A stretch of 64,000 bases of DNA from Mycobacteriales bacterium (GCA_038260095.1 JBBSOC010000005.1:812-64811), one strand, 5' to 3'; positions 10,203-21,708 are shown, numbered from the stretch's first letter. Numbers and translations are program-made. Notes: generated from the letters alone by a model not told the origin.

Positions 10203-11102
10203 GTGAGGAGCGACACTCAAACCAGAAAATCGGCGTATTATGCATCGGTATTCGATGCCGATTTCGATCCTTTCGACGAGTCCACACCATCGGCTGGGCG
10301 GCATCGCGCCAACCAAGCGCAGGGCGTAGAGCTAGAGCTAGAGCAGATCTGCACGCGGCTGGGCAAACTACGACAGCGTATGCGCTCCGCCTTGTCAGTC
10401 GGAGTTTTCTTCAAGCTCGCCTTTGCCGCACTCGCGCTCATTGTCCTATCAGTCGGCTCGCTGATGAGTTTTGTTCGAGGCGAAAGCGGCATCGGTCTGC
10501 TGCTGGGCGCCCTATTCGTGCTCGGCGTTCCCGCAACTGGGGTAGCAGCGGTACGAGCCGGGCGGCCGTGGCTGCAGCTTGGCCATGAGGCCGCTTTGCT
10601 GCGGCAGCGGGAGAAAGAGTTGTACGCCCAACGTGATGGTGGAGTGCTGCCGGCGCAGCCTATGGAGTCTTCCCCCACCGAGCTACCCGATGAAGTATCC
10701 GCCTTAGGTTTTGGTTCGGTTGCAGTCTCGGGAGTAGATAACAATTCGAGTGTCGATAACGATCCGCCCCCCTCGACTGAATACAGTGCGCTAAGCGCTT
10801 CTAGTCATGTACTGGCCCAAGCTATCCGTGACAGCTTAAGCAGCACCCCCCCAGATGCCGCACCGGCCCGACTCGTAGATGCCTCTCCTCCCGCTCAGCC
10901 CCCGACGAAGCGCCTCGCGGCCTCCACTAAGCCAAGTTGGTGGTCGCCCACTGGCTTACATGAACGTGCTATTATAGGGCATTCGGCACCCGCACAGCCA
11001 GAGGCGCAGGGTGTGCGCGGCTGGGTCGCACTGCTAGTGATGGGGACTCTGCTGGCCTTGTTTGCTATCGGCATTATCCTCGGGGTATTGACCAGCCCCT
11101 GA
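10203..11102 (+). CDS. hypothetical membrane protein
   Basis: 299-aa ORF with two central hydrophobic helices and one C-terminal helix, plus low-complexity Ser/Pro/Ala linkers. No recognisable domain. The GTG start lies inside an AGGTGAGGAG run and is uncertain. Confidence 0.45.
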   Translation: MRSDTQTRKSAYYASVFDADFDPFDESTPSAGRHRANQAQGVELELEQICTRLGKLRQRMRSALSVGVFFKLAFAALALIVLSVGSLMSFVRGESGIGLLLGALFVLGVPATGVAAVRAGRPWLQLGHEAALLRQREKELYAQRDGGVLPAQPMESSPTELPDEVSALGFGSVAVSGVDNNSSVDNDPPPSTEYSALSASSHVLAQAIRDSLSSTPPDAAPARLVDASPPAQPPTKRLAASTKPSWWSPTGLHERAIIGHSAPAQPEAQGVRGWVALLVMGTLLALFAIGIILGVLTSP

Positions 11103-11537
11103 TTGTGCAGACGCATAGCGTGGTTGACGCGGCGATCCGCGGCGTCGTCGTCGCGCATAGCCCACATGCGTCTCCTTCTCCGCCTTGCATCTCATCCCCG
11201 CCCGCAGCGCCTCCGCTCCGACTCCAGGGGTAATGGTTAGAGCGAGAAACATATCTGGGGAACTTCGTAGAAGTTGTGGGAAAAGAGGGCCGTGCCCGCC
11301 TGACGACTTGGGGTCTGGGTTGAAGGAGTCGGGCAGGGATGTAGGGTCGACAGCACTGTGCCTGGGGCAGATTGTTCTATTTGCGGCATTAGGTCTTCAT
11401 GCATTTGGGCAAATTGTGGTTTTTTGTTCGTTTTTCTGACCAGAGATCAGTCTTCGTGAGGCACGCCACAGGGGGTTGCGGGGCTTTGAGCTACTCCGTA
11501 CCGTTGCCCTCTTGTTTGCCACCCCCGGTATACGCAA

Positions 11538-12593
11538 ATGTCCGCTGCAGAAAGTGAGTACGTACTCGTGGCATTGTCCCGAGCCAACTTCCCCACCCGC
11601 GCGCTAGCTTTTTTTGCGAACTGTGCGCTCTGTGCCGTCCTCGTCTTCGCCGGAAGCGACAGTGCGGCTGCGAGCGTTAGCCAGGCCGTGCGGGGCGGAG
11701 TGAAGACTGAGCCCACGGTGAGCCAGGCCCGGCAGCAGATTGATGAGCTGCAGAGCAAGATGGCTGCGGCTACCGAAGAGTTTGATCAGGCACGTGTGGT
11801 TGTGCAGAAGAGCCAAGACACAGCGGCCCAGCTTCAACCGCAGGTCCAGGCCGCGCGCTCAGAGGTCACCAAACATCAAGCTGAGGTCGGCAAGCTCGCT
11901 AACCTTGTATATAGCCAAGGCAACCTCGAACCCATGTCGTTGATTGCGGGCAGTCGGAATGCTTCCTCCACGATTGAGCAGTTCACGGTACTGCAACAAA
12001 TTCAGCAAGACCGTCAGACAAAGATTGCGAAGCTGGCTAAAGCCAAGCGCGCGTTGGAGGGGAAAGAAAAGTCCATCACCGATGAGATGACGGAACAAAA
12101 AAAGCAGCTTGACATCGTTCGAAAGAAGCAAAGCTCCATCACTGAAGACCTGGCCAAATGGCAGGCGTTACGTTCGCAACTCGCCGGAGGTGTCCGCGAC
12201 AGAGTGTATGGCGCCGTCGCTTACACAGGTCAAGGCGTAGGCGACGCGGCCAAGGCGGTGCAATTTGCGCTAGCGCAACAGGGAAAGATGTACCTGTGGG
12301 GTGCCGCGGGCCCCGCTTTGTATGACTGCTCCGGTCTGACTATGGCGGCATGGCGCGCCGGTGGTAAATCGTTGCCGCACTCGGCCCAGCTCCAGTACAA
12401 CGTTGTTAAAAAAGTGTCCCGCTCAGAGATGCAACCAGGCGCTCTGGTGTTCTACGGTTCGCCTGCTTTCCACGTCGCACTGTACATCGGAGGTGGCCAA
12501 GTGGTGCACGCATCACAACCCGGCAGTCCCATACACGTAGCTTCGATGGATGGTGCTGGTGGTAGCCCCATCTCTGGTATTGGGCAGCCGTAG
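11538..12593 (+). CDS. NlpC/P60 (C40) peptidoglycan endopeptidase with coiled-coil N-domain, RipA/RipC-like
   Basis: C-terminal YLWGAAGPALYDCSGLTMAAWRAGG...HVALYIGGGQVVHAS carries the Cys and His catalytic residues of NlpC/P60. The N-terminal Gln/Lys/Ala-rich coiled coil follows a signal-like segment. Start uncertain: there is no clear SD before ATG 11538. Confidence 0.85.
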   Translation: MSAAESEYVLVALSRANFPTRALAFFANCALCAVLVFAGSDSAAASVSQAVRGGVKTEPTVSQARQQIDELQSKMAAATEEFDQARVVVQKSQDTAAQLQPQVQAARSEVTKHQAEVGKLANLVYSQGNLEPMSLIAGSRNASSTIEQFTVLQQIQQDRQTKIAKLAKAKRALEGKEKSITDEMTEQKKQLDIVRKKQSSITEDLAKWQALRSQLAGGVRDRVYGAVAYTGQGVGDAAKAVQFALAQQGKMYLWGAAGPALYDCSGLTMAAWRAGGKSLPHSAQLQYNVVKKVSRSEMQPGALVFYGSPAFHVALYIGGGQVVHASQPGSPIHVASMDGAGGSPISGIGQP

Positions 12594-12641
12594 CCCAGCC
12601 AATAGACGACGGTCCTTGTCGGTCGGTCCTGGATCCTCGCG

Positions 12642-13763
12642 ATGACGAACACGCTGCTGGTTACGAATGATTTCCCGCCGCGCCCTGGTGGAATTCAGGC
12701 ATTTGTGTACCAGCTGGCAATGCGTGTATCTACCGATCGACTTGTGGTATTCGCCTCTTCGTCACCTGGTTGTGCGGAGTTTGACGCCCAGCAACCGTTC
12801 CCGGTGATCCGTCATCCCGGCTCGATGCTGTTGCCGACTCCCACCGTAGCCCGGCGTGTCGCGGAGCTGGCAACGATGTATGCATGCGATACGGCGTGGT
12901 TTGGCGCCGCGGCGCCGCTGGGCTTGCTCGCGCCAGCACTACGCCGGGCTGGGGTGCGGCAGATCGTTGCGCAGACCCATGGACATGAGGTCGGATGGGC
13001 GGCCTTACCGGGCGCACGTAGCCTGCTGCGGCGTATCGCCGCACAAGTGGACGTGATTACCTATCTGGGCGAGTACACCCGACAACGGCTCGCTTGGGCC
13101 TTGGGTGAGCGTACAGAGCTTGCGTGGTTGCCACCAGGGGTGGATATCGAGGCGTATTCGCCAGGCGTGGACGGAGCTGCCATTCGGCGACGGCATGGTC
13201 TAGGTAACCGACCGGTGGTGGTGTGCGTCTCCCGATTAGTACCCCGCAAGGGACAAGACATGCTGATTCGGTCGCTGCCCATCGTGCAACGCAGCGTTCC
13301 CGGCGCTGGCTTGCTGCTTGTCGGTGGAGGCAAAGACGAGGATCGGCTGCACCGCCTGGCCCACAGTGTGGGTGTAGCCGAACATGTAGTTTTTGCCGGA
13401 ACGGTGCCGTGGGCGGACCTACCCAGTCACTACGCCGCCGGAGATGTTTTTGCGATGCCGTGTCGTACCCGTCGTGCCGGTATGGACGTCGAAGGCTTAG
13501 GAATCGTGTACTTGGAGGCCTCGGCCACCGGGCTGCCAGTGCTAGCTGGCAACTCCGGGGGTGCGCCAGATGCCGTGCGGCACGGCGAGACAGGGTACGT
13601 GATGGATGGCCGCGATGTCGCTGAAATCGCAGGCCGGCAAGTTGAGCTTCTGACCGATCCCGTACTCGCGGCCAAGATGGGGCAGGCTGGCCGGGCATGG
13701 GTGGAGCAGGCATGGCGCTGGGACACCATCGCGGCACGGATGACGCAATTACTGCGTTGCTGA
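12642..13763 (+). CDS. GT4-family glycosyltransferase, PimB'-like mannosyltransferase
   Basis: N-terminal LLVTNDFPPRPGGIQ and C-terminal E..GIVYLEA...G.PV.AG.SGG match GT-B/GT4 enzymes. Its position between a RipC-like and a FadD15-like gene matches the Rv2188c context. Confidence 0.8.
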   Translation: MTNTLLVTNDFPPRPGGIQAFVYQLAMRVSTDRLVVFASSSPGCAEFDAQQPFPVIRHPGSMLLPTPTVARRVAELATMYACDTAWFGAAAPLGLLAPALRRAGVRQIVAQTHGHEVGWAALPGARSLLRRIAAQVDVITYLGEYTRQRLAWALGERTELAWLPPGVDIEAYSPGVDGAAIRRRHGLGNRPVVVCVSRLVPRKGQDMLIRSLPIVQRSVPGAGLLLVGGGKDEDRLHRLAHSVGVAEHVVFAGTVPWADLPSHYAAGDVFAMPCRTRRAGMDVEGLGIVYLEASATGLPVLAGNSGGAPDAVRHGETGYVMDGRDVAEIAGRQVELLTDPVLAAKMGQAGRAWVEQAWRWDTIAARMTQLLRC

Positions 13764-13768
13764 CCCTC

Positions 13769-14485
13769 TTACACGTCGCCTTGGTGAGGTGATTCCAGCA
13801 AGCCGACTCGTAGCGCGGTCATCAGCGCCTGTGCCCGATTGCCAGCGCCGAGCTTCTCGTACAGCTTGGAGATGTGAGTTTTTGCGGTCGACTCAGAGAC
13901 ATAGAGCTGCTTGGCGATGCCCGCAACGCTCATCCCATCAGCCAAGAGCTTGAGTACCTGACCCTCGCGAGGCGACAAGTGGGGCCCGCTGGGCGTGAGC
14001 CGCCGCTTCATCGCTTCAGCAAGATCGGATGCCGTGAACGCATTAGGGGAGGATTTGGCATGCCGCGCCGCCGCCACAACCTCGTCGGCCGGGGCATTCT
14101 TTGGAACGAAAGCGCTGGCTCCAGCCTCGAGGGCCCCAAAAAGCTGATCGTCACCCGCGTACATGGTAAGCACTACGATGCCGATATCGGAGCGAGAGGA
14201 GCGCAGCGCCCGAGTGGCATCGAGTCCGCTTCCATCCGGTAAACGTAGATCCATGATCACGACGTCAGGCCGTAGTTCATTGGCCCGAGCTACCGCGTCC
14301 TTGACCGTGCTTGCTTCGGCGACCACGCGGAATTCTGGATCGCGCTCGAAAGCGTGCCGCAGTCCTTGGCGAATCAGATCGTGGTCATCCACTAACAGCA
14401 CAGTGGTGACGTTGGTCCGCTGCTCGCGTAGTGGCATGTGCGGGGGGCGCGAGCCGGGTGGCGGGTTCAGTCCTGCGGTCGTCAT
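13769..14485 (-). CDS. NarL/LuxR-family response regulator
   Basis: Receiver domain VLLVDDHDLIRQGL...DVVIMDLRLPDG and C-terminal LuxR HTH LSPREGQVLKLLADGMSVAGIAKQLYVSESTAKTHISKLYEKLG. Start at the ATG preceded by AGGAGCAGGGAAG; the ORF is open to 14503. Confidence 0.9.
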   Translation of the reverse strand: MTTAGLNPPPGSRPPHMPLREQRTNVTTVLLVDDHDLIRQGLRHAFERDPEFRVVAEASTVKDAVARANELRPDVVIMDLRLPDGSGLDATRALRSSRSDIGIVVLTMYAGDDQLFGALEAGASAFVPKNAPADEVVAAARHAKSSPNAFTASDLAEAMKRRLTPSGPHLSPREGQVLKLLADGMSVAGIAKQLYVSESTAKTHISKLYEKLGAGNRAQALMTALRVGLLESPHQGDV

Positions 14486-14564
14486 GTCTTCCCTGCTCCT
14501 CATTGGCTCCCGTAGGCCCTCGTGGGGCTTTCATGGCTAATACAACGTTACCGTGTCCAGGGGG

Positions 14565-15695
14565 TCAATTGTCCCCTAGCGACACGCTGACGATGGTTCC
14601 GTTCGGTTCGCGGGCCGTTACTGACAGACAAGCCCGGATGCGTTGTGCTCTTTCCGCCATAATGGACATGCCATAGCTGTCCTTTCGTCGCCGCTTACCA
14701 CTTAAACCGGTGCCGTCGTCGCTGATTTTCAACTGTGCCCGGGGTGGATCTACATCACAGCTTACCCATAGGTTCGCGGCTTTTGCGTGTTTACGGGCGT
14801 TCGTGATGGCTTCTTGGGCAATCCGCAGCAACTCAGATTCGACCGCGGCTGGAAGTCGGGCAGTCGACTCGCCCAGGCTCAGATGCACTCGCAAGCCAGC
14901 GGAGCTGCCCACGGTTCGGGCGTACTCAGCGATCGCGCTACCCAAGCCGCCATGCCGATCGACATCGCTACGCAGCTCGAATAAGCTCAAGCGTAGCTCA
15001 GTGATCATGCGGGTAACTTCCGCGCGCAGCGTTTCCAGCTGCTTGGTGGCCGAGTCTAGGCGAGGTGTTTCACTGGCAATTTCAGCAATCGCGTTGTCTA
15101 GCGCATACCCAACAATCACTAGTTCTTGAGCGATTCCGTCGTGTATCTCACGCGCCAAACGTTGTCGCTCCTGCGCGGTAGCAAGGCTGCGTACCTCATC
15201 GAAGAGTAGAGCTGTCTCCAGTCGAAGTGCGGCGTCCCGAGCAATCTGGGCGGCGCGCGCTACCGAATCGGAGGTTGGCGAAGCGTCAGCGGCATCCGCC
15301 TGCAATACGATGAGGCCAACTGTCCTTACCCCAGTGACGAGCGGCAGCACTACTCCGGTGGCCGCCCCACGCGGCCCGTCACCATCAATGCGGGTAACCG
15401 ATCGGGTAAGCAACGCAGGTTGTTGTGTTGCCCATGCTTCTGCGATGGGGGAATCGCTATCCAGAGAGGTTTCCCATGCGGCTCGATCATGACCGCGCTG
15501 CGCGAGTACCTCCAAACGGCCGCCACCACTCGCGGTGAACGCCGCTGCCTTGTCGGCTGGGATGATGCTGCGTAGCTCGTCGAGTAGGTGCTCGGCGATC
15601 CCAACGGGATCTAGTGTGCCGGGAAGCTGCCGGGCGATGGTGCGTAGTTGAGTAAGCAGCCGAGATGCTTGTAGATACTCTTCTTGTTCAGTCAT
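14565..15695 (-). CDS. soluble GAF-domain sensor histidine kinase (HisKA_3/HATPase_c)
   Basis: H-box LAREIHDGIAQEL and ATPase motifs (NARKHA, ISDDGTGL). The N-terminal region of about 170 aa is GAF-like with no hydrophobic helices. ATG 15693-15695 overlaps the fadD15-like stop codon. Confidence 0.85.
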   Translation of the reverse strand: MTEQEEYLQASRLLTQLRTIARQLPGTLDPVGIAEHLLDELRSIIPADKAAAFTASGGGRLEVLAQRGHDRAAWETSLDSDSPIAEAWATQQPALLTRSVTRIDGDGPRGAATGVVLPLVTGVRTVGLIVLQADAADASPTSDSVARAAQIARDAALRLETALLFDEVRSLATAQERQRLAREIHDGIAQELVIVGYALDNAIAEIASETPRLDSATKQLETLRAEVTRMITELRLSLFELRSDVDRHGGLGSAIAEYARTVGSSAGLRVHLSLGESTARLPAAVESELLRIAQEAITNARKHAKAANLWVSCDVDPPRAQLKISDDGTGLSGKRRRKDSYGMSIMAERAQRIRACLSVTAREPNGTIVSVSLGDN

Positions 15696-17577
15696 AGATC
15701 GCCGCAATCTCGCAAGCGTAGCGTTGGGCGATTACGGTCCGCTTGACCTTTAGGCTTGGGGTCAGCTCGCCGTTCTCCACACTGAAGTCCTCGGACAAGA
15801 CGCGAAACCCTTTGATCGCCTCAGAGTGGGAAACCGCGGCGTTTACCGCATCGACTGCCGTTTGAAGTTGGGCGTGCAGGGCGGCGTCACAGTGCAGGGC
15901 GATGTCACTGTGCAGGGCGGTGTCACTGTGCAGCGGCGCGCCGTTGTCTGCCCTAACCGCGTCATCGAGCTCTCGCCGTGCGGTCAGCATTTCGATATCG
16001 AGAGTGATCAAACACCCAATGAAGGGCTTGTTGTCACCTACCACCATGCATTGACTGATCAATGGATGGGCTCGCAGCGCGTCTTCCAGCGGTGCAGGCG
16101 CGACGTTCTTACCCGTCGAAGTTACAATCAGCTCCTTTTTGCGACCCGTGATCCGCAGAAACCCGGCTTCGTCGAGCGCGCCAATGTCGCCGGTGTATAG
16201 CCAGCCTTGGTCATCCAGCGCTTGTGCGGTTGCGGCTTCGTCGCGCCAGTAGCCATCGAAGACGAGGCCGCCTTTGACCAATACTTCGCCGTCGTCGGCG
16301 ATGCGTATGGTCACGCCAGGAAGCGGACGGCCAGCGGTGCCGATCTTATTGTGCTCCGGAGTGTTGACGGTGCATGCAGCCATGGTTTCGGTGAGTCCGT
16401 AACCTTCGTAGACAGTGACACTGGCGCCGCGAAAGAAGTGCCCCAGCCTAATACTTAGCGGGGCGCCCCCCGAAAGCACGCTTGTGCACCGTCCACCTAG
16501 AGTCGCCCGTAGTTTGCGGTAAACTAGCGAGTCAAAGACCGCCCGCAGCAGTCGTAGCCTCAGTCCGGCTGTCCCGGTATCAAGAGCAGTACTGTAGCTG
16601 ATCGCGATGTTTACGGCCGCGTTAAAGATTCGGCTTTTTCCAGAGGCGAGAGCTTTTTGCTGCGCGCCGTTGAACAGCCGTTCCATAACTCGAGGGATCG
16701 CGAGCAGCATGGTCGGAGCGAACTGTGCCAAGTCTTTCAGCAGCTGCTTAGTGTCAGGGCTGTATGCGAGAGTGGTGCGGGTCGATAAGGCGCCACATTG
16801 GATCTCGCGTGCGAGCACGTGGGCCAAGGGGAGAAACATTAACGTCGAGGCGCTCGGGTTCAGTAGGAGCCTGCACACTGTCATGCCGTTACAGACACCG
16901 AAGAGCAAGGTGCGGTGCAATATGCGGCAACCTTTGGATTTACCTGTAGTGCCTGAAGTGTAGATAATCGTAGCTAGATCACTCGCCCGCAGCGCGGCAC
17001 GGCGGTTGGTTACCTGGATTGGATCAACGGTTGTTCCGGCCGCCGTGAGCGTGGCAATAGCGCCAGATGTCTGATCAGCGGCCGCCGTACCTGTCTCTAC
17101 TGTTTTAGTTTCTGTTGTCTCAATTCGCCATATGTGTCGCAGCGCGGGCAGCGCGGGTGCCAGTTGGTCCAGCAGCCGTTGCTGTTCGTGGTTTTCCACG
17201 ACGCACGCTACCGCGCCGGAGTCGGAGAGCATCCATTCGATTTGGCTCACCGACGAGGTGGGATAAATTGGCACGACGACCCCACCCGCGGACCAGATGG
17301 CATAGTCCAGGAGCATCCACTCATATCGGGTGCGCGACATGATCGCTACTCGTTCTCCCGGTTGCACACCATGAGCGATAAGTCCGGCCGCAACCGCGCT
17401 TACGTTGTCGCGTAGCGCAGCGTAGCTAATCTCCTCAACTTTGTCGTGGTGAAAGCCGTCGTGAAGAATCTGCACGGCGATCTCATCGGGATGGCTTTCG
17501 GCGTTGTGCCAGACCGGGTCGGCAAGGTTGGCTTCCGCCGATACCTCCACGGCTGGAGGGATGCTGAATTCGCGCAC
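15688..17577 (-). CDS. fadD15: long-chain fatty-acid--CoA ligase, FadD15-like
   Basis: AMP-binding motifs IIYTSGTTGKSKGC, GYGLTE and YTGDIG. Length is about 630 aa. Convergent with the PimB'-like GT, as in the Rv2187/Rv2188c arrangement. Confidence 0.88.
   Translation of the reverse strand: MREFSIPPAVEVSAEANLADPVWHNAESHPDEIAVQILHDGFHHDKVEEISYAALRDNVSAVAAGLIAHGVQPGERVAIMSRTRYEWMLLDYAIWSAGGVVVPIYPTSSVSQIEWMLSDSGAVACVVENHEQQRLLDQLAPALPALRHIWRIETTETKTVETGTAAADQTSGAIATLTAAGTTVDPIQVTNRRAALRASDLATIIYTSGTTGKSKGCRILHRTLLFGVCNGMTVCRLLLNPSASTLMFLPLAHVLAREIQCGALSTRTTLAYSPDTKQLLKDLAQFAPTMLLAIPRVMERLFNGAQQKALASGKSRIFNAAVNIAISYSTALDTGTAGLRLRLLRAVFDSLVYRKLRATLGGRCTSVLSGGAPLSIRLGHFFRGASVTVYEGYGLTETMAACTVNTPEHNKIGTAGRPLPGVTIRIADDGEVLVKGGLVFDGYWRDEAATAQALDDQGWLYTGDIGALDEAGFLRITGRKKELIVTSTGKNVAPAPLEDALRAHPLISQCMVVGDNKPFIGCLITLDIEMLTARRELDDAVRADNGAPLHSDTALHSDIALHCDAALHAQLQTAVDAVNAAVSHSEAIKGFRVLSEDFSVENGELTPSLKVKRTVIAQRYACEIAAIYD
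15874..15927 (-). repeat. three in-frame imperfect 18-bp repeats inside fadD15-like CDS
   Basis: The units GTGCAGGGCGGCGTCACA / GTGCAGGGCGATGTCACT / GTGCAGGGCGGTGTCACT encode ALHSDT-ALHSDI-ALHCDA on the minus strand. Confidence 0.85.
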
Positions 17578-17789
17578 CGGATTGGCTCCTTTGGGCGCCG
17601 AGAAGAGAACGCAAACGTGACAGTCGTGACGTTGCTAGGCGATAAGTACGATAGTACTGCTGAGTGCGGCTACCTTAGAGCGACCGGCAAATGAGGGTTT
17701 TGGTGTGTCGTTGTAAATCGGTCAGGTGGGTAGGGTCTGTTTTGGGTTTAGGCTCCTCGCCTGCGGGAAGAGTTCTAGCACATTCGGTG

Positions 17790-18238
17790 TCACGAGCTTC
17801 TGAGATCGTCTGGAAAGAGCCGGAAGAACTTATGGTCGGTTAATGGAGTGATGGTTCGAAAGTCGCGTCGATCAAGGGTAAGAATCGTATCGGTCTCGTA
17901 TCGCTCTGCGAGGACTACGTTCACAGCATCAGCTAGGTCAAGCCGCAGGTCGGTGTAGCTGTCTTGCCCCATGCGGGCTTTACGCAAGATAACGGCGGGC
18001 ACATCAGGTACGGCCACGATTCCTGTCTGTTCGGACGCCAGCAGCCAGTCATTGACTGCATACGCTGCTTGGCGGCTGATGTTCCTTGTGGTGATGTGCT
18101 CGATTTCTAAAAACACCAAGGGCGAAACCACTGTAAGCGCAGCCTGACGCAGCGCGGTGCGGTGCGAGCGGCTTCATGCTCGGTATCGACAACATTTAAA
18201 GCAGCCACCAGCCCAGAAGTATCCCCGATTACAATCAC
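17790..18238 (-). pseudogene. vapC: PIN-domain VapC toxin, frameshifted
   Basis: GTG at 18238 directly follows the vapB stop and encodes VIVIGDTSGLVAALNVVDTEHEAARTA, then stops. The remainder (..VSPLVFLEIEH...DAVNVVLAERYETDTILTLDRRDF) is in another frame (ORF 17790-18131). The frames differ by +2, at a CACCG-CACCG duplication on the minus strand (plus strand 18152-18166). Confidence 0.7.
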
Positions 18239-18475
18239 TTAGGAACCTGCAACAACATCGGAAACGGTTTCGTGAATCTCTTCCGCACTGACCGGGTGAC
18301 CGAAATCTAACCGAGGGATATCCCACTGGTCATCCCAGCGCTGGGTGCGGACGGCAGCCAGGTGGAAGGCCTCACGAAAATACTCTGACTCAGGACGGTC
18401 TTCCCGGGCAGCAGCCTGCTTAATGAGCACAAGATCTGCTTCCTCGACCTTCACCGTCGTTTTCCTCAACGCCAT
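18239..18475 (-). CDS. vapB: ribbon-helix-helix antitoxin (VapB-like)
   Basis: 78 aa, immediately upstream of the PIN gene. The N-terminal beta-strand/helix pattern KTTVKVEEADLVLIKQAAAREDRPESEYFREAF is typical of CopG/RHH antitoxins. Confidence 0.7.
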   Translation of the reverse strand: MALRKTTVKVEEADLVLIKQAAAREDRPESEYFREAFHLAAVRTQRWDDQWDIPRLDFGHPVSAEEIHETVSDVVAGS

Positions 18476-18876
18476 AAGCTTATGGTACCAGCACCATAAG
18501 TGCCTGATCGTGGATTAAGGGCTCAGTGCAGGATCTGCCGTATTAGGCGCGGCAAGTTTGATCGGCTTGGTGAAGCCCTGTCGCGCGAGGGCTGTGGGAT
18601 GCACGCCGGGTTCATCGGCCTGGTGGTGCGGGCGGGCAGGCTTGCTGTTGGATCGTCGATACTTTTTCGACCTACTCCATCAGGATTTCGTTGATGGTCG
18701 TGTAGTCCAGGTGGAGCTGGCGGGAAACCCGCCGCCGTCTCACCTACCCCCGTTGCCGGACGCTCTTAAAGAAAGGCTCTGTTCCACAGAGATGAGATAA
18801 CCTATTAAGGAATCACCACCTTGGCCGCGAGGCGCTAGCTCGCTTGGTGGCTTCGGCAAACACCATCTGCGCGTAA

Positions 18877-21030
<2,154 letters not shown>

Positions 21031-21075
21031 CCAGACTATGTGCCCGAATGTGGGGCGCAGTAGGCTGGATGGGCG

Positions 21076-21705
21076 ATGACTCCCATGACCGACGCCGAGC
21101 CTGATCCGTGCTCCCCATTCGTATTCAGCACGCTAGAGCTGGAACGCCGAGCTGGCTCCATGAGAAGAGTGCAGCGAGACATTCCCGCGCCCAGCGGATT
21201 TGGCACCGACATGATCGTTGTGCCAGTTGATTCGACGCTGCGTCTGGAAGCGCGCCTGGAATCGGTGGTGGAAGGTGTGGTGTTCACCGGTGTTGTGCAG
21301 GCACGTGTGCAGGGTGAATGTGGCCGCTGTCTACGGGAAATTAATGACGATCTCGCGGTGGATGTTTGCGAGCTGTACGCCTTTCCCGACAGCGCTACCG
21401 ACCAATCGACTGACGCCGATGAAGTCAGTCGATTGCGGGATGAGAGGATAGACGCCGAGCCGGTAATACGGGATGCGGTGCTGCTAGCACTACCAGTCAC
21501 CCCGTTGTGCCAACAAGATTGCCCAGGACTGTGCGCTGACTGTGGTGAGCATCTAGATCAGCTACCCGCCGATCATCACCACCCAGGAAGCGATATTCGA
21601 TGGGCGGCTCTGCAGGAACTATTAGAAAGCCGCACCGGCGACACTGCCGGCGGCGCAGCGCCGGGCTCTACCGTACTGAGCCCGTCAGGTGAACAGGAGA
21701 ACTAA
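21076..21705 (+). CDS. yceD: YceD/DUF177 family protein
   Basis: Conserved position directly upstream of rpmF. C-terminal Cys motif CQQDCPGLCADCGEHL. Confidence 0.85.
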   Translation: MTPMTDAEPDPCSPFVFSTLELERRAGSMRRVQRDIPAPSGFGTDMIVVPVDSTLRLEARLESVVEGVVFTGVVQARVQGECGRCLREINDDLAVDVCELYAFPDSATDQSTDADEVSRLRDERIDAEPVIRDAVLLALPVTPLCQQDCPGLCADCGEHLDQLPADHHHPGSDIRWAALQELLESRTGDTAGGAAPGSTVLSPSGEQEN

Positions 21706-21708
21706 GAC

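Noticed and set aside
11185-11758. Track ORFs 11185-11439 (plus strand) and 11447-11758 (minus strand) in or around the hydrolase leader.
   Set aside because: They have no RBS and low-complexity translations. The second overlaps the start of the NlpC/P60 gene in antisense. The region is better explained as non-coding leader.
17745-17775. Possible degenerate extra copies of the hairpin-repeat core (GGCTCCTCGCCTGCGGGAAG here, and GCGCCTCCTGAGGCCTGTTG near 29437-29456).
   Set aside because: Similarity to the 21-nt core is only partial, with indels, and there are no flanking complementary arms. It cannot be distinguished from chance in GC-rich DNA without a statistical search.
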